A stretch of 58,512 bases of DNA from Tardiphaga sp. (GTDB lineage Bacteria; Pseudomonadota; Alphaproteobacteria; Rhizobiales; Xanthobacteraceae): contig JAYUEY010000042.1 in the NCBI GenBank assembly GCA_043739005.1, forward strand, positions 1-58,512, read 5' to 3'. The position numbers and the translations under genes were made by a program. Shown here one piece after another: positions 28,152 to 37,531 of this stretch. The first letter of the stretch is position 1, and every line of letters starts with the position of its first letter. The notes under the pieces are model-generated. The model did no database searches. It was not told the DNA's origin and saw only the letters and a list, made by a program, of their open reading frames with translations.

Positions 28152-28891
28152 TGCTCCGCGCGGTAGGCGCTAATGCGAAATACGTCGCCTAGGATCTTTT
28201 CGGACAACGCCTGCGCCGGTGATCCATCGGCAACTAGTTTCCCATCCGACAGGACGAGCACCGAATCCGCGAAACGCGCGGCAAGGCCGAGATCATGTGT
28301 GACGACGATCACGAGCATGCCCTGCTCGGCCGCATTGCGAAGGCGCTGCATCACCTCGATCTGATACCGTGGATCGAGCGATGCGGTCGGCTCGTCGGCC
28401 AACATCACCGGCGCTTCGAGCGCGAGAACGCGCGCAAGCGCGACGCGACTGCGTTCGCCGCCGGAGAGTTCGGTGACAGGACGATCAGAAAATGCTGTGA
28501 CGTCGGCGGCCTTCATCGCGCGCGCGACGGCGATCTTGTCGATGGGTGACAGCCGCGCCGGATCCGTCGCGCCATGCGGATACCGCCCGAGGGCCACGAC
28601 ATCATGCACCTGCAGCGGCCAATGCACGACATGACCCTGCGGCAGATAGCCGAAACGCAGCGCCCGCTGTTTCAGCGACAACGCAGCAAGACTGTCGCCG
28701 CCGACGCTAACGATACCGTTTGAGGCTACGAGCCCGGCCAACGCACGCAATAATGTCGTCTTGCCCGCGCCGTTCGGGCCAACCAGCGCAACGAGATGAT
28801 TGCGCGGCAACGCGAAAGATACATCGCGCAGCACGTCACGGCCGGACAATGCCACACCCAACCTATCCGCGGTGAGGAACGCTTCGCTCAT
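28106..28891 (-). CDS. btuD: Corrinoid/iron-chelate ABC transporter ATPase (BtuD-like)
   Basis: GPNGAGKT, LSGGER, LADEPT, VTHDL motifs; lies in the B12-riboswitch operon. Confidence 0.88.
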   Translation of the reverse strand: MSEAFLTADRLGVALSGRDVLRDVSFALPRNHLVALVGPNGAGKTTLLRALAGLVASNGIVSVGGDSLAALSLKQRALRFGYLPQGHVVHWPLQVHDVVALGRYPHGATDPARLSPIDKIAVARAMKAADVTAFSDRPVTELSGGERSRVALARVLALEAPVMLADEPTASLDPRYQIEVMQRLRNAAEQGMLVIVVTHDLGLAARFADSVLVLSDGKLVADGSPAQALSEKILGDVFRISAYRAEHHREAVIVPWTGLER

Positions 28892-29913
28892 GCGACGCCT
28901 GCTCCCAAAGCGCGACGTTCACGCATGATGAGATAGAGAAAAAACGGCACGCCAATGATCGAGGTCAGCACACCGACCTTGATATCCGACGTCGAGGGAA
29001 TGATGCGCACCGCGATGTCGGCGGCCAATAACAACGCCGATCCTGCCAGTGCGCTCGGAACCAGCAGCCGCCCCGGATCGTGGCCGACGAGTGGGCGCAT
29101 CAAATGCGGTGCGACGAGGCCGATGAAGCCGATCGTGCCGCTCACGGCCACCGCACCGCCGACGCCAAGCGCCACGCCCGAAATCACCAGCAGCCGCAAT
29201 CGCCCAACATTGACGCCAAGGCTCTGCGCCGTTTCCTCGCCAAGACTGAGCGCGCGAAACGACGCGCGCTGGCTCATCAAAATGACAGCACCAACTGCGA
29301 TGAATGGCAGCGCCAGCGCGACGTGGCGGAAGCTGCGATCCTCCAGTGAGCCAAGAAGCCAGAACGCGATCTCAAGCGCCGCGAAAGGATTTGACGACAG
29401 ATTCATCACCAGCGCCGTCCCGGCACCAGCCAGACTCGAAATCGCCAGCCCGGCAAGGATCAACAGCACAAGCCCGGCATTGCGTCCGGCGACGACGAGC
29501 AGCGCAAAGACCGACACAAAAGCCATCACGATGCCCGCGACCGGCAGCGCATAGGACCGCACATCGGCGAAGCCGAGCGTGATCATCAGCACCGCGCCGA
29601 ACGCAGCCGATTGCGGTGCGCCGAACAAAGACGGTGAAGCCAGCGGATTGCGCAACAATCCCTGCAATGCTGCGCCGGACAGGCCGAGGATCGCACCGAT
29701 CGCAAGCGCGAGGATCGCGCGCGGCAGGCGAATTTCGCGGACGATGATTTGCTGCACATCGCTGCCGCCGCCGACCAGCGCGTCGAATACGATGGTCGGT
29801 GAGAGTCGAACAGGCCCGGTGCCGAGCGATAGCAGCGCCAGCACGATGACGAGACCGGCGAGCGCAAAGGTTACGCTCGCCAATCGCGTCATCGTGGCGA
29901 CTCGCGTCACCAT
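28888..29913 (-). CDS. btuC: Corrinoid ABC transporter permease (FecCD/BtuC family)
   Basis: IRLPR, QGLLRNPLA, LGEETAQSLG, IGFIGLVAPH, GVPFF motifs. Start may be 29910 or 29892. Confidence 0.88.
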   Translation of the reverse strand: MVTRVATMTRLASVTFALAGLVIVLALLSLGTGPVRLSPTIVFDALVGGGSDVQQIIVREIRLPRAILALAIGAILGLSGAALQGLLRNPLASPSLFGAPQSAAFGAVLMITLGFADVRSYALPVAGIVMAFVSVFALLVVAGRNAGLVLLILAGLAISSLAGAGTALVMNLSSNPFAALEIAFWLLGSLEDRSFRHVALALPFIAVGAVILMSQRASFRALSLGEETAQSLGVNVGRLRLLVISGVALGVGGAVAVSGTIGFIGLVAPHLMRPLVGHDPGRLLVPSALAGSALLLAADIAVRIIPSTSDIKVGVLTSIIGVPFFLYLIMRERRALGAGVA

Positions 29914-31847
29914 GTTGCGTTGAACCCCGCATAGGCGGCCGCGCCCGTGGTGCCGAAATTCAACACCTCCTGATAGCGCGTATCAAAGATATTTTCTCCG
30001 CGCGCGAATACCTTCCAGGTTGGATCGATTTTGTAGTCCGTATAGACATCGAACCGCACATAAGAATTCAGCGGATTGGTCTCATTCGAGCTGCTAAATC
30101 GCCGCGACACGGCGGTCACGCGCGGCTCAATCGTCCATTGCGGCGTCGGCGTCATCGTCAGCGCAAACCGTGCAAAATCCGCCGGCCGCCGCGCCAGCGT
30201 CAATCCGGTCGCGAGATCGATCGCACGCAGATGCGTATAGGATGTCTTCAGCCGCGCGAAGCCGGGAATGATATCGACATCAACACCGAGTTCGATACCA
30301 TCCGTTTGCGCGCGTGAGACGTTGAAATAGCGCATCGCCGTGGTGTTGAAGTCGATCAGATTGCTGAAGCTGTTCGAGAAGCCAGTCAGCGACACTGTCA
30401 CGCGGCCACCGAACAGCGTCTGGTCGATGCCGGCGTCATAGCCAAAGCTCTCTTCGGGCCGCAACGACGTGTTGCCGAAGATCGGCGCGTAAAGTTGAAA
30501 CAGCGTCGGCGCTTTCGCGCCGGTGCCGGCGCTGGCGCGCAGCTTCGTGCCCGTCTCTGGAATGAAATAGGCTGCTGTTGTGCGCCAAGTCTCGAACCGC
30601 GCGACATCGACGACGTCATCGACACGGCCGCCAAGCGTCACGATCAATCGCTCGCCCACTGGGAGCGACCAAAGGCCGAACAGCGCATTGGTCTCCTGCC
30701 GCGCGTCGATCTGCTGGGTGCGCGGCGTCACCACTGGCAACAGAGCAGCCTGATAGGTGTCCGCCGTTTCAGACTGCGTCTTACCACCGAATATCAGCGA
30801 GCCGGCGAGGCCCATCTTCAGCGTGCCCTGATATTCCGCGCCGATACTGTTGCCGATGAAATCCGACAAGGTCGAGGTCGTGTTGCGCGGCAATTGGTTG
30901 ATACGGTAGCTGACATCGTTGAAATTGCGTTCAGTGCGGGTGTCGAACACATTGACCGAATGCGTCAGGATTCCACCGAAGGTTTCCACCGTGGCGCGGC
31001 CCCATACCTGTTGCAGCAGGCGATTGGCGTTGGACGGCGTGTCCGGAAACGCGCCTGTCGAAGCGTCATAGGCCGAGCGTGTGAACGACGATAAGATACC
31101 GCTTTCGAGCTTCACGCCGTCGCCGGCATCGTAAGCGACGCGCGCGGTGCCGCCGACGCGGTCGAAGCCATCACGTTCGAGATTGGGGAAACGCGCTTCG
31201 AGCGCCGGGATGCGATAGCCGTAGCGCGAGAAGCCGTTGGAATGTGTGCCGCTACCGGTGAAGGCATAGGACCACGGCCCGGTCGATCCGATTAGCGATC
31301 CTGCCGTCGAGACGGTGCCGTAGCTGCCGGCCTCGGTACGGACGTTGAATTGCGCGGGGCCGGAGCCCTTCTTGGTGATGATGTTGATGACGCCGCCGAT
31401 CGCATCGGAGCCGTACAGCGCGCTTTGTGGTCCCTTCAATACCTCGACACGATCGATCGCACTCGGCGCGATCAAAGCGAAATCAAAATCACCGCTAGCA
31501 TTCGCGGGATCGTTGACGCGGATGCCGTCGATCATCACCAGCGTCTGCCCGGTATTGCCGCCGCGCAGCCGCACGTTCGTGGTCGCACCGGGACCGCCGC
31601 TTTCGGTGATGTCGAGGCCGGGCACCGAACGCAGCGCATCGACCAGCGAGCCGGCATTACTGGTGGCGATGGTCTCACTGCCGACGACGCTGATCGCACT
31701 GCCGGTCCGGTCGATCGATTCAGGCATGCGGTCCGCCGTCACCACGATGTCAGGCAGTCTGTCAGAAAATTGCGCACTTGCAGCGCTGTTAAGCGACCAC
31801 ACGAGGACGAGCGCTGCCGAACCGGCAGCGGAATTCCGAATAGTCAT
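29907..31847 (-). CDS. btuB: TonB-dependent cobalamin receptor
   Basis: DIVVTA TonB-box region, VMIDG, RVEVLKGPQSALYGSDAIGGVINI, ENIFD, C-terminal W. GAAGGGG RBS. Downstream of a B12 riboswitch. Confidence 0.92.
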   Translation of the reverse strand: MTIRNSAAGSAALVLVWSLNSAASAQFSDRLPDIVVTADRMPESIDRTGSAISVVGSETIATSNAGSLVDALRSVPGLDITESGGPGATTNVRLRGGNTGQTLVMIDGIRVNDPANASGDFDFALIAPSAIDRVEVLKGPQSALYGSDAIGGVINIITKKGSGPAQFNVRTEAGSYGTVSTAGSLIGSTGPWSYAFTGSGTHSNGFSRYGYRIPALEARFPNLERDGFDRVGGTARVAYDAGDGVKLESGILSSFTRSAYDASTGAFPDTPSNANRLLQQVWGRATVETFGGILTHSVNVFDTRTERNFNDVSYRINQLPRNTTSTLSDFIGNSIGAEYQGTLKMGLAGSLIFGGKTQSETADTYQAALLPVVTPRTQQIDARQETNALFGLWSLPVGERLIVTLGGRVDDVVDVARFETWRTTAAYFIPETGTKLRASAGTGAKAPTLFQLYAPIFGNTSLRPEESFGYDAGIDQTLFGGRVTVSLTGFSNSFSNLIDFNTTAMRYFNVSRAQTDGIELGVDVDIIPGFARLKTSYTHLRAIDLATGLTLARRPADFARFALTMTPTPQWTIEPRVTAVSRRFSSSNETNPLNSYVRFDVYTDYKIDPTWKVFARGENIFDTRYQEVLNFGTTGAAAYAGFNATW

Positions 31848-31889
31848 AGATACCCCTTCCGTCGACCCACCGTCGAACGAGTTTATGCT

Positions 31890-32085
31890 CGTCACCGGCC
31901 GGTCTCCTGGCTCGCGGGCGACATCGCGATCCGCCTTCCCAGGCTGAAAAGCCCAGTGGCATGTGGATCGCGGAAGTCCGCTTACAGTTGCGGGGGCAGC
32001 CGCGGCATTGGGACGAATCTCAAATGAAAAGATTCGCCCCGCACCGCATTCCCGTTTCACCTTCGTATGAAGGCACCGATGACGC
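31890..32085 (-). promoter_or_regulatory. Cobalamin riboswitch
   Basis: Minus strand AAACGGGAATGCGGTG...GCTGCCCCCGCAACTGTAAGCG...GCCACTGGG...GGGAAGG...GAGCCAGGAGACCGGCC. Confidence 0.96.
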
Positions 32086-32165
32086 GGAACAGGAAGCACA
32101 CCGCGCGCGACCACGCAATGTGTATTGCGCGCGGCATTCGATTCAGATCGGCTGTGGTATCAAGG

Positions 32166-32595
32166 TCACGTCGTCAGAGAGGAAGACGCATGCTGCGCGC
32201 GTAACGTCGGCTTGTGGACCTTGCCCGTGGCGTTGCGCGCCAGCGGTGACGAAAGCAACGCTGCGCGGACATTCGAAGCGCGCCAGATTGTCGCGGCAAT
32301 GCGCGATGATTTTGGCCTCAGCTATCCCGGCGATCTGATAGAGGACGTTTTCGACTTCGGCCGGATAGACGTACTCGCCGCCGGAGATGTAGATGTCGTG
32401 CCAGCGATCGACGATGTAGAAGCCGTCCTCGTCGATGCGCGCGGCATCGCCGGTGTGCAGCTAGCCATCGGTGAAGCACGACGTGTTGCCGATCTTGATT
32501 TCGGTGTCGGTGACGCCGGGACCATAAGGTTGGGCGACCGCCGCCTGCCCCATCGCGAGCGACACCACCGCAATCACACCTGCAAATCTTCTCAT
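32166..32595 (-). pseudogene. Chimeric remnant: N-terminus of a LivK-type ABC binding protein fused to a decayed acyl-CoA synthetase C-terminus
   Basis: [84 protein letters not shown]..., frameshift, then RNATGKVHKPTLR. Confidence 0.85.
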
Positions 32596-32792
32596 CTACG
32601 TTTCCCCGTTATGATCCGTATCATTTTTGTTTTTTGGAGCATGTCACCGCGTGCGTCGCCGAAAGGCTTACGCGAAGCCGCTGGCGGCCACGATTATGGT
32701 CAGTTAGCCGGTGATTTGTGCGGGCCAAGCATTGCCAAGGCCGCTAAAAGTATCTCGAGAATGCGACGCATCACACCAAAGGCTTTCGATCG

Positions 32793-34376
32793 ATGACTCC
32801 TGTTTTGCGATTTGAATTGATTCTTGTCCTGATGGCCGCGGTCATCGTGCTCGATCTCGTGGCGCGGCGGCTTTGCCTGCCGCGCGCGATGGCGTTGATC
32901 CTCGGCGGCATCGTGCTGGCGCTGACGCCGACGCCGGATATGGAAATGGACCCCGAACTGGTGCTGGTGCTGTTTCTGCCACCGCTGCTGATTTCGAGCG
33001 CCTGGTTCACATCATGGCGGGATTTCCGCGCCGACATCCGCATCATCCTGCAACTGGCCGTAGGCGCAGTGGTGTTCACCACCTTCGTCGTCGGGATCAT
33101 CGCGCATATGGTGATGCCGTCATTGCCTTGGGCGGCGTGCTTCGCGCTGGGCGCGATCGTATCTCCGCCGGATTCGGTTGCGGCCAAGGCGGTGCTGAAA
33201 AAAATCCCGCTGCCGCCGCGCATGATCCTGCTGCTCGAGGGCGAGAGCCTGGTCAACGACGCGACAGGTCTGGTGCTGTTTCGCCTCGCCGTCGCAGCTG
33301 CCGCGACAGGCACCTTTAGCGTCGGTCAGGCGACGCTATCATTCGGCTTCCTCGCGATCGGCGGCGTCGCCGTCGGCATCGCTTTCGCCTACACGTCGAT
33401 GTTCATCATCAAGCGGATGCGCGACAGCGATCTCATCATCCTGTGGACCTTCATCGCCGCTTGGGTGTCCTACATCATCGCAGAGAAAGTCGGTGTCTCC
33501 GGCGTGCTGTCCACGGTCGCCTGCGGCATGATCCTTGGCTGGCATCAGCATGATCTCCTCAACGCCGCGACGCGCACCCGCGCAACGGCGGTGTGGGGCG
33601 TTGTGGTCTTTGCGCTGGAATCGCTGGTCTTCATCCTGATTGGCCTGTCGTTGCGCGGCGTGCTGTCCAGACTCGGTGGCATGGACGGTCTGATCGCTTT
33701 TGCGCCAGCGATCACGGGCATCGTCGCGGCCGTCATCCTCGCGCGCTTTGTCTGGATCTTTCTCGGAACGTACATTCCCCGCGCGCTATCATCGAAATTG
33801 CGTGCGCATGATCCCTACCCGCCGCCGGCCGTGCCTTTCATTATGAGCTGGGCGGGCCTGCGTGGCGTGGTCAGCCTCGCGGCGGCTTTGTCGTTGCCCG
33901 ATGATTTTCCTGGCCGTGATTTTATCATCACCGCCACCTTTGCTGTCATCCTCGTCACGGTCATGGTGCAAGGCTCGACGCTGGCGCCGCTGGTGCGATG
34001 GCTATCGAAGGGCGGCTTCACACCGCTGAACACGTCCAAGCTGAACGAGCACGAGGCCCGCGCTCGCGTCGCGCAGGCGCAATTCGAGGCGATCGAAAAA
34101 CTATCGCTCAATGAGGACGGTAGCCAGAAGCATCCTCGTTTGATGGAGCAATATGGCTACCGCGCCACCGCCGCGACGCGATATAGCAACGAGCATGTCG
34201 ACTTGCAGCCGCACCGCGTCGATCATTTTGGCGCGGTTCTCGCCGCCAACGTCGCGGGCCGGCTCGAACTCCTGCGCCTGCATCGCTCCGGCGACATCCA
34301 TGACACGGTGCTGCACGCGATCGAGGAAGAACTCGATCTTGAGGATGTGAAAGTGCGACGGTTCGTTGAAGGGTAA
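32793..34376 (+). CDS. Na+/H+ antiporter, CPA1 (NhaP/YjcE) family
   Basis: LFLPPLL, SPPD, LEGESLVNDATG, SWAGLRGVVSLAAAL, EELDL motifs. Confidence 0.95.
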   Translation: MTPVLRFELILVLMAAVIVLDLVARRLCLPRAMALILGGIVLALTPTPDMEMDPELVLVLFLPPLLISSAWFTSWRDFRADIRIILQLAVGAVVFTTFVVGIIAHMVMPSLPWAACFALGAIVSPPDSVAAKAVLKKIPLPPRMILLLEGESLVNDATGLVLFRLAVAAAATGTFSVGQATLSFGFLAIGGVAVGIAFAYTSMFIIKRMRDSDLIILWTFIAAWVSYIIAEKVGVSGVLSTVACGMILGWHQHDLLNAATRTRATAVWGVVVFALESLVFILIGLSLRGVLSRLGGMDGLIAFAPAITGIVAAVILARFVWIFLGTYIPRALSSKLRAHDPYPPPAVPFIMSWAGLRGVVSLAAALSLPDDFPGRDFIITATFAVILVTVMVQGSTLAPLVRWLSKGGFTPLNTSKLNEHEARARVAQAQFEAIEKLSLNEDGSQKHPRLMEQYGYRATAATRYSNEHVDLQPHRVDHFGAVLAANVAGRLELLRLHRSGDIHDTVLHAIEEELDLEDVKVRRFVEG

Positions 34377-34397
34377 AGAGCGATCGCCAACCGCAAA

Positions 34398-34435
34398 CAA
34401 AAAAGGCCGGGATTGCTCCCGGCCTTTTGTCTTTT
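34398..34435. terminator. Bidirectional intrinsic terminator
   Basis: AAAAAAGGCCGGGA-TTGC-TCCCGGCCTTTT between convergent genes. Confidence 0.85.
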
Positions 34436-34449
34436 GGACTCAAGAAAAC

Positions 34450-36258
34450 TTAGTTCAACGAGGCGCGCTTCGGCGGCGAGGCAGGCCACGACTTGATCAG
34501 TGTGTCGTAGTCGACCGTTTCACCCTTCGGCTTCTCGTTGGCCAGCTTGCGCTGGGGCGCGATGTTGCCGTCCTTGGCCGACTTGTCGTACCAATATTCA
34601 GCCGTTTCTTTCTTGTTCAGCTTCGGTCCGCAATCTCCCTGCACCTTCGAACGTTCGAGGCGATCAAGCACCGAATCCTGTGCTGCGGCCAGCGAGTCCA
34701 TCGCCGCCTGCGGCGTCTTCGCACCGGACGACGCATCGCCGATGTTCTGCCACCACAACTGTGCCAGCTTCGGATAGTCAGGGATGTTGTTGCCGGTCGG
34801 CGACCACTGCACGCGGGCGGGCGATCGGTAGAACTCGATCAAGCCGCCGAGCTTCGGCGCGCGCTCGGTCATCGACTTATCCCAGATATCCGACTCGCGG
34901 ATGAAGGTCAGACCGACATGGCTTTTCTTCAGGCTCACCGTCTTCGAGGTGATGAACTGCAGATAAAGCCAAGCCGCCTTGCGACGATCCGCGGGTGTCG
35001 ATTTCAGCAACGTGCCCGAACCGACGTCCTGGTAGCCGAGCTTCATGCCCTCTTTCCAGTAAGCGCCATGCGGTGACGGTGCCATACGCCATTTCGGCGT
35101 GCCGTCCGCATTCATCACAGAAAGACCCGGCTTCACCATGTCGGCGGTGAAGGCGGTGTACCAGAACATCTGCTGGGCGATGTTCCCCTGTGCCGGCACT
35201 GGACCCGATTCGGAGAAGGTCATGCCTTGCGCCTGCGGCGGGGCATACTTTTTCATCCAGTCGAGATATTTGACGATCGAATAGACCGCTGCTGGACCGT
35301 TGGTATCGCCGCCGCGCTCGACGGACGAACCAACCGGACGGCAACCTTCCATGCGGATGCCCCATTCATCGACCGGCAAACCGTTTGGCAGGCCTTTGTC
35401 GCCGTTACCGGCCATTGACAGCCAGGCATCGGTGAAGCGCCAGCCGAGCGACGGATCTTTCTTGCCGTAGTCCATATGACCATAGACTTTGACGCCGCCG
35501 ATTTCCTTGATGTCGTTGGTGAAGAACTCTGCGATGTCTTCATAGGCCGACCAGTTCACGGGCACGCCGAGGTCATAGCCATACTTGGCCTTGAACTTGG
35601 ATTTGTATTCGGCATTGGTGAACCAGTCATAGCGGAACCAATATAGGTTCGCGAACTGCTGGTCGGGGAGTTGATACATCTTCTTGTCAGGGGCCGTCGT
35701 GAACGACGTGCCGATGAAGTCCGGCACATCGAGCATCGGATCGGTGACGTCCTTGCCCTCGCCGGTCATGTAGTCCGACAGCGCGATGGTCTGGCCATAA
35801 CGAAAGTGCGTGCCGATCAGATCGGAATCGTTGATCCAGCCGTCATAGACGTTCTTGCCGGACTGCATCTGCGTCTGCAGCTTCTCGACGACGTCGCCTT
35901 CCTGAATGAGATCATGCTTCAACTTGATGCCGGTGATCTCGGTAAACGCTTTGGCGAGCGTCTGCGATTCGTATTCGTGCGTCGTCAGCGTTTCGGAGAC
36001 GACGTTGATCTCCATGCCTTTGAAGGGCTCGGCCGCTTTTGCGTACCACTGCAGTTCTTTCATCTGCTCTTCCTTCGACAAAGTCGAAGGCTGGAATTCG
36101 CTGTCGATCCATTTCTGGTTGACGGCGTCGTCGGCGAAGGCCGGGACAGACATCGTCGCCGATGCCACGATCAGGGCGGCGGCGCTGGCCATCCCCATCA
36201 GCCGGGCCCGGTTGGGACCGCCAAATCGTTTCGTAGATCCTCTAGTCACGTTTCTCAT
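34450..36258 (-). CDS. glpV: Glycerol ABC transporter substrate-binding protein
   Basis: GGAGGA RBS before ATG 36258; signal peptide; EFQPSTLS, HDLIQEGDVVEK, LGWRFTDAW; last gene of the glp ABC operon. Confidence 0.88.
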   Translation of the reverse strand: MRNVTRGSTKRFGGPNRARLMGMASAAALIVASATMSVPAFADDAVNQKWIDSEFQPSTLSKEEQMKELQWYAKAAEPFKGMEINVVSETLTTHEYESQTLAKAFTEITGIKLKHDLIQEGDVVEKLQTQMQSGKNVYDGWINDSDLIGTHFRYGQTIALSDYMTGEGKDVTDPMLDVPDFIGTSFTTAPDKKMYQLPDQQFANLYWFRYDWFTNAEYKSKFKAKYGYDLGVPVNWSAYEDIAEFFTNDIKEIGGVKVYGHMDYGKKDPSLGWRFTDAWLSMAGNGDKGLPNGLPVDEWGIRMEGCRPVGSSVERGGDTNGPAAVYSIVKYLDWMKKYAPPQAQGMTFSESGPVPAQGNIAQQMFWYTAFTADMVKPGLSVMNADGTPKWRMAPSPHGAYWKEGMKLGYQDVGSGTLLKSTPADRRKAAWLYLQFITSKTVSLKKSHVGLTFIRESDIWDKSMTERAPKLGGLIEFYRSPARVQWSPTGNNIPDYPKLAQLWWQNIGDASSGAKTPQAAMDSLAAAQDSVLDRLERSKVQGDCGPKLNKKETAEYWYDKSAKDGNIAPQRKLANEKPKGETVDYDTLIKSWPASPPKRASLN

Positions 36259-36329
36259 GGTCGTTCCTCCGTTGCAGCGATCATTTTTGCGGCACCGGGT
36301 TGATCCCGCCGCCGCTCCCCTTCGCCCTG

Positions 36330-36656
36330 TCAGACCGTGCGAAAAATCACGGTAGCCGACGCGAGCGAAATCAGTGTTGCGAGCCATAGGCTCGAAATCT
36401 CCAAACCCCCGCCGATCGACACGGTCGTCAGCGGATCCGTGCCAACAAAGCCGATCCAGGCGAGATGAATCACCGCGGCAACGATGACCGAGATGAACAG
36501 CCGGTCGCCGCGTGTCGTCGGAATCCGCAGCACGCCGACGCGTTCGGTTTCTGGATAGGCCGCAGCGAGCCACGTCATCGTGCCGAGCGTTGTCGCCAGC
36601 AGCACGAAGAAGATCGCGGTCGGCAACGTCCAGGCCATCCATGCGATATTTTCCAT
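36330..36656 (-). CDS. glpU: DUF2160 small membrane protein of the glycerol ABC system
   Basis: WMAWTLPTAIFF...TTRGDRLF...HLAWIG. Confidence 0.85.
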   Translation of the reverse strand: MENIAWMAWTLPTAIFFVLLATTLGTMTWLAAAYPETERVGVLRIPTTRGDRLFISVIVAAVIHLAWIGFVGTDPLTTVSIGGGLEISSLWLATLISLASATVIFRTV

Positions 36657-36673
36657 GGCTCAATCCTGACGCT

Positions 36674-36724
36674 CGCGCATGCTCGTATCCAAAAATCGGT
36701 TTCCATTTTTCGAGAACATGCGCG
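36674..36724 (-). repeat. Palindromic repeat of the same family as 12973-13030, directly after the permease stop codon
   Basis: Minus strand CGCGCATGTTCTCGAAAAATGGAAACCGATTTTTGGATACGAGCATGCGCG; terminal IR CGCGCATG/CATGCGCG. Confidence 0.8.
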
Positions 36725-37531
36725 TTACACCCGACCCAGCGCGAAACCGCGCGCGATGTAGTTGCGAACGAACCAGATCACCAACGCCCCCGGAATGATG
36801 GTGAGGACGCCAGCGGCGGCGAGCAAGCCCCAGTCGATACCCGACGCCGACACCGTGCGTGTCATCACCGCCGAAATTGGCTTCGCGTTCACCGACGTCA
36901 GCGTGCGCGCCAGTAGTAATTCGACCCATGAAAACATGAAACAGAAGAATGCCGCGACACCGATGCCGCTGGCGATCAGCGGAATCAAGATCTTCACGAA
37001 GAACTTCGGAAACGAATAGCCATCGAGAAACGCAGTCTCATCAATTTCACGCGGCACGCCAGACACGAAGCCTTCGAGGATCCAAACCGCCAGCGGCACG
37101 TTAAAGAGGCAATGCGCCAGCGCCACGGCCCAAGGCGTATCGAACAGGCCTATCGCCGAATAGAGATTGAAAAACGGCAATGCGAACACGGCCGGCGGGG
37201 CCATCCGGTTCGACAGCAGCCAAAAGAAAAGATGCTTGTCGCCGAGAAAACGATAACGCGAAAACGCATAGGCGGCCGGCAGAGCGAAAGAGATCGACAG
37301 CACCGTGTTGATGACAACGTATTTCAGCGAATTGATGTAGCCGGAATACCAGCTCTCATCCGTAAAAATACGTTTGTAATTGGCGAGGGTCGGTATATTC
37401 GGCCACAGCGTCATCGTCGAAACGATCTCGCCGTTGGTCTTGAAACTCATATTGACGAGCCAATAGATCGGCAACATCAGAAAAATCAAAAACAGCGACA
37501 GGATAATACGACGTCCGGGTATCGAATACAT
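36725..37531 (-). CDS. glpQ: Glycerol ABC transporter permease (MalG-like)
   Basis: LPIYWL, AAYAFSR, EIDETAFLDG, DWGLLAAAG motifs. Confidence 0.88.
   Translation of the reverse strand: MYSIPGRRIILSLFLIFLMLPIYWLVNMSFKTNGEIVSTMTLWPNIPTLANYKRIFTDESWYSGYINSLKYVVINTVLSISFALPAAYAFSRYRFLGDKHLFFWLLSNRMAPPAVFALPFFNLYSAIGLFDTPWAVALAHCLFNVPLAVWILEGFVSGVPREIDETAFLDGYSFPKFFVKILIPLIASGIGVAAFFCFMFSWVELLLARTLTSVNAKPISAVMTRTVSASGIDWGLLAAAGVLTIIPGALVIWFVRNYIARGFALGRV

Noticed and set aside
31848-32114. 89-codon N-terminal extension of BtuB
   Set aside because: It is the translated riboswitch. The RBS and signal peptide are at ATG 31847.
32125-32796. 223-aa plus-strand ORF
   Set aside because: Antisense shadow of the minus-strand chimeric pseudogene, with no recognisable motifs.
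36259-36663. N-terminal extension making the glycerol binding protein 737 aa
   Set aside because: It overlaps the DUF2160 gene in another frame, and a GGAGGA RBS sits before ATG 36258.
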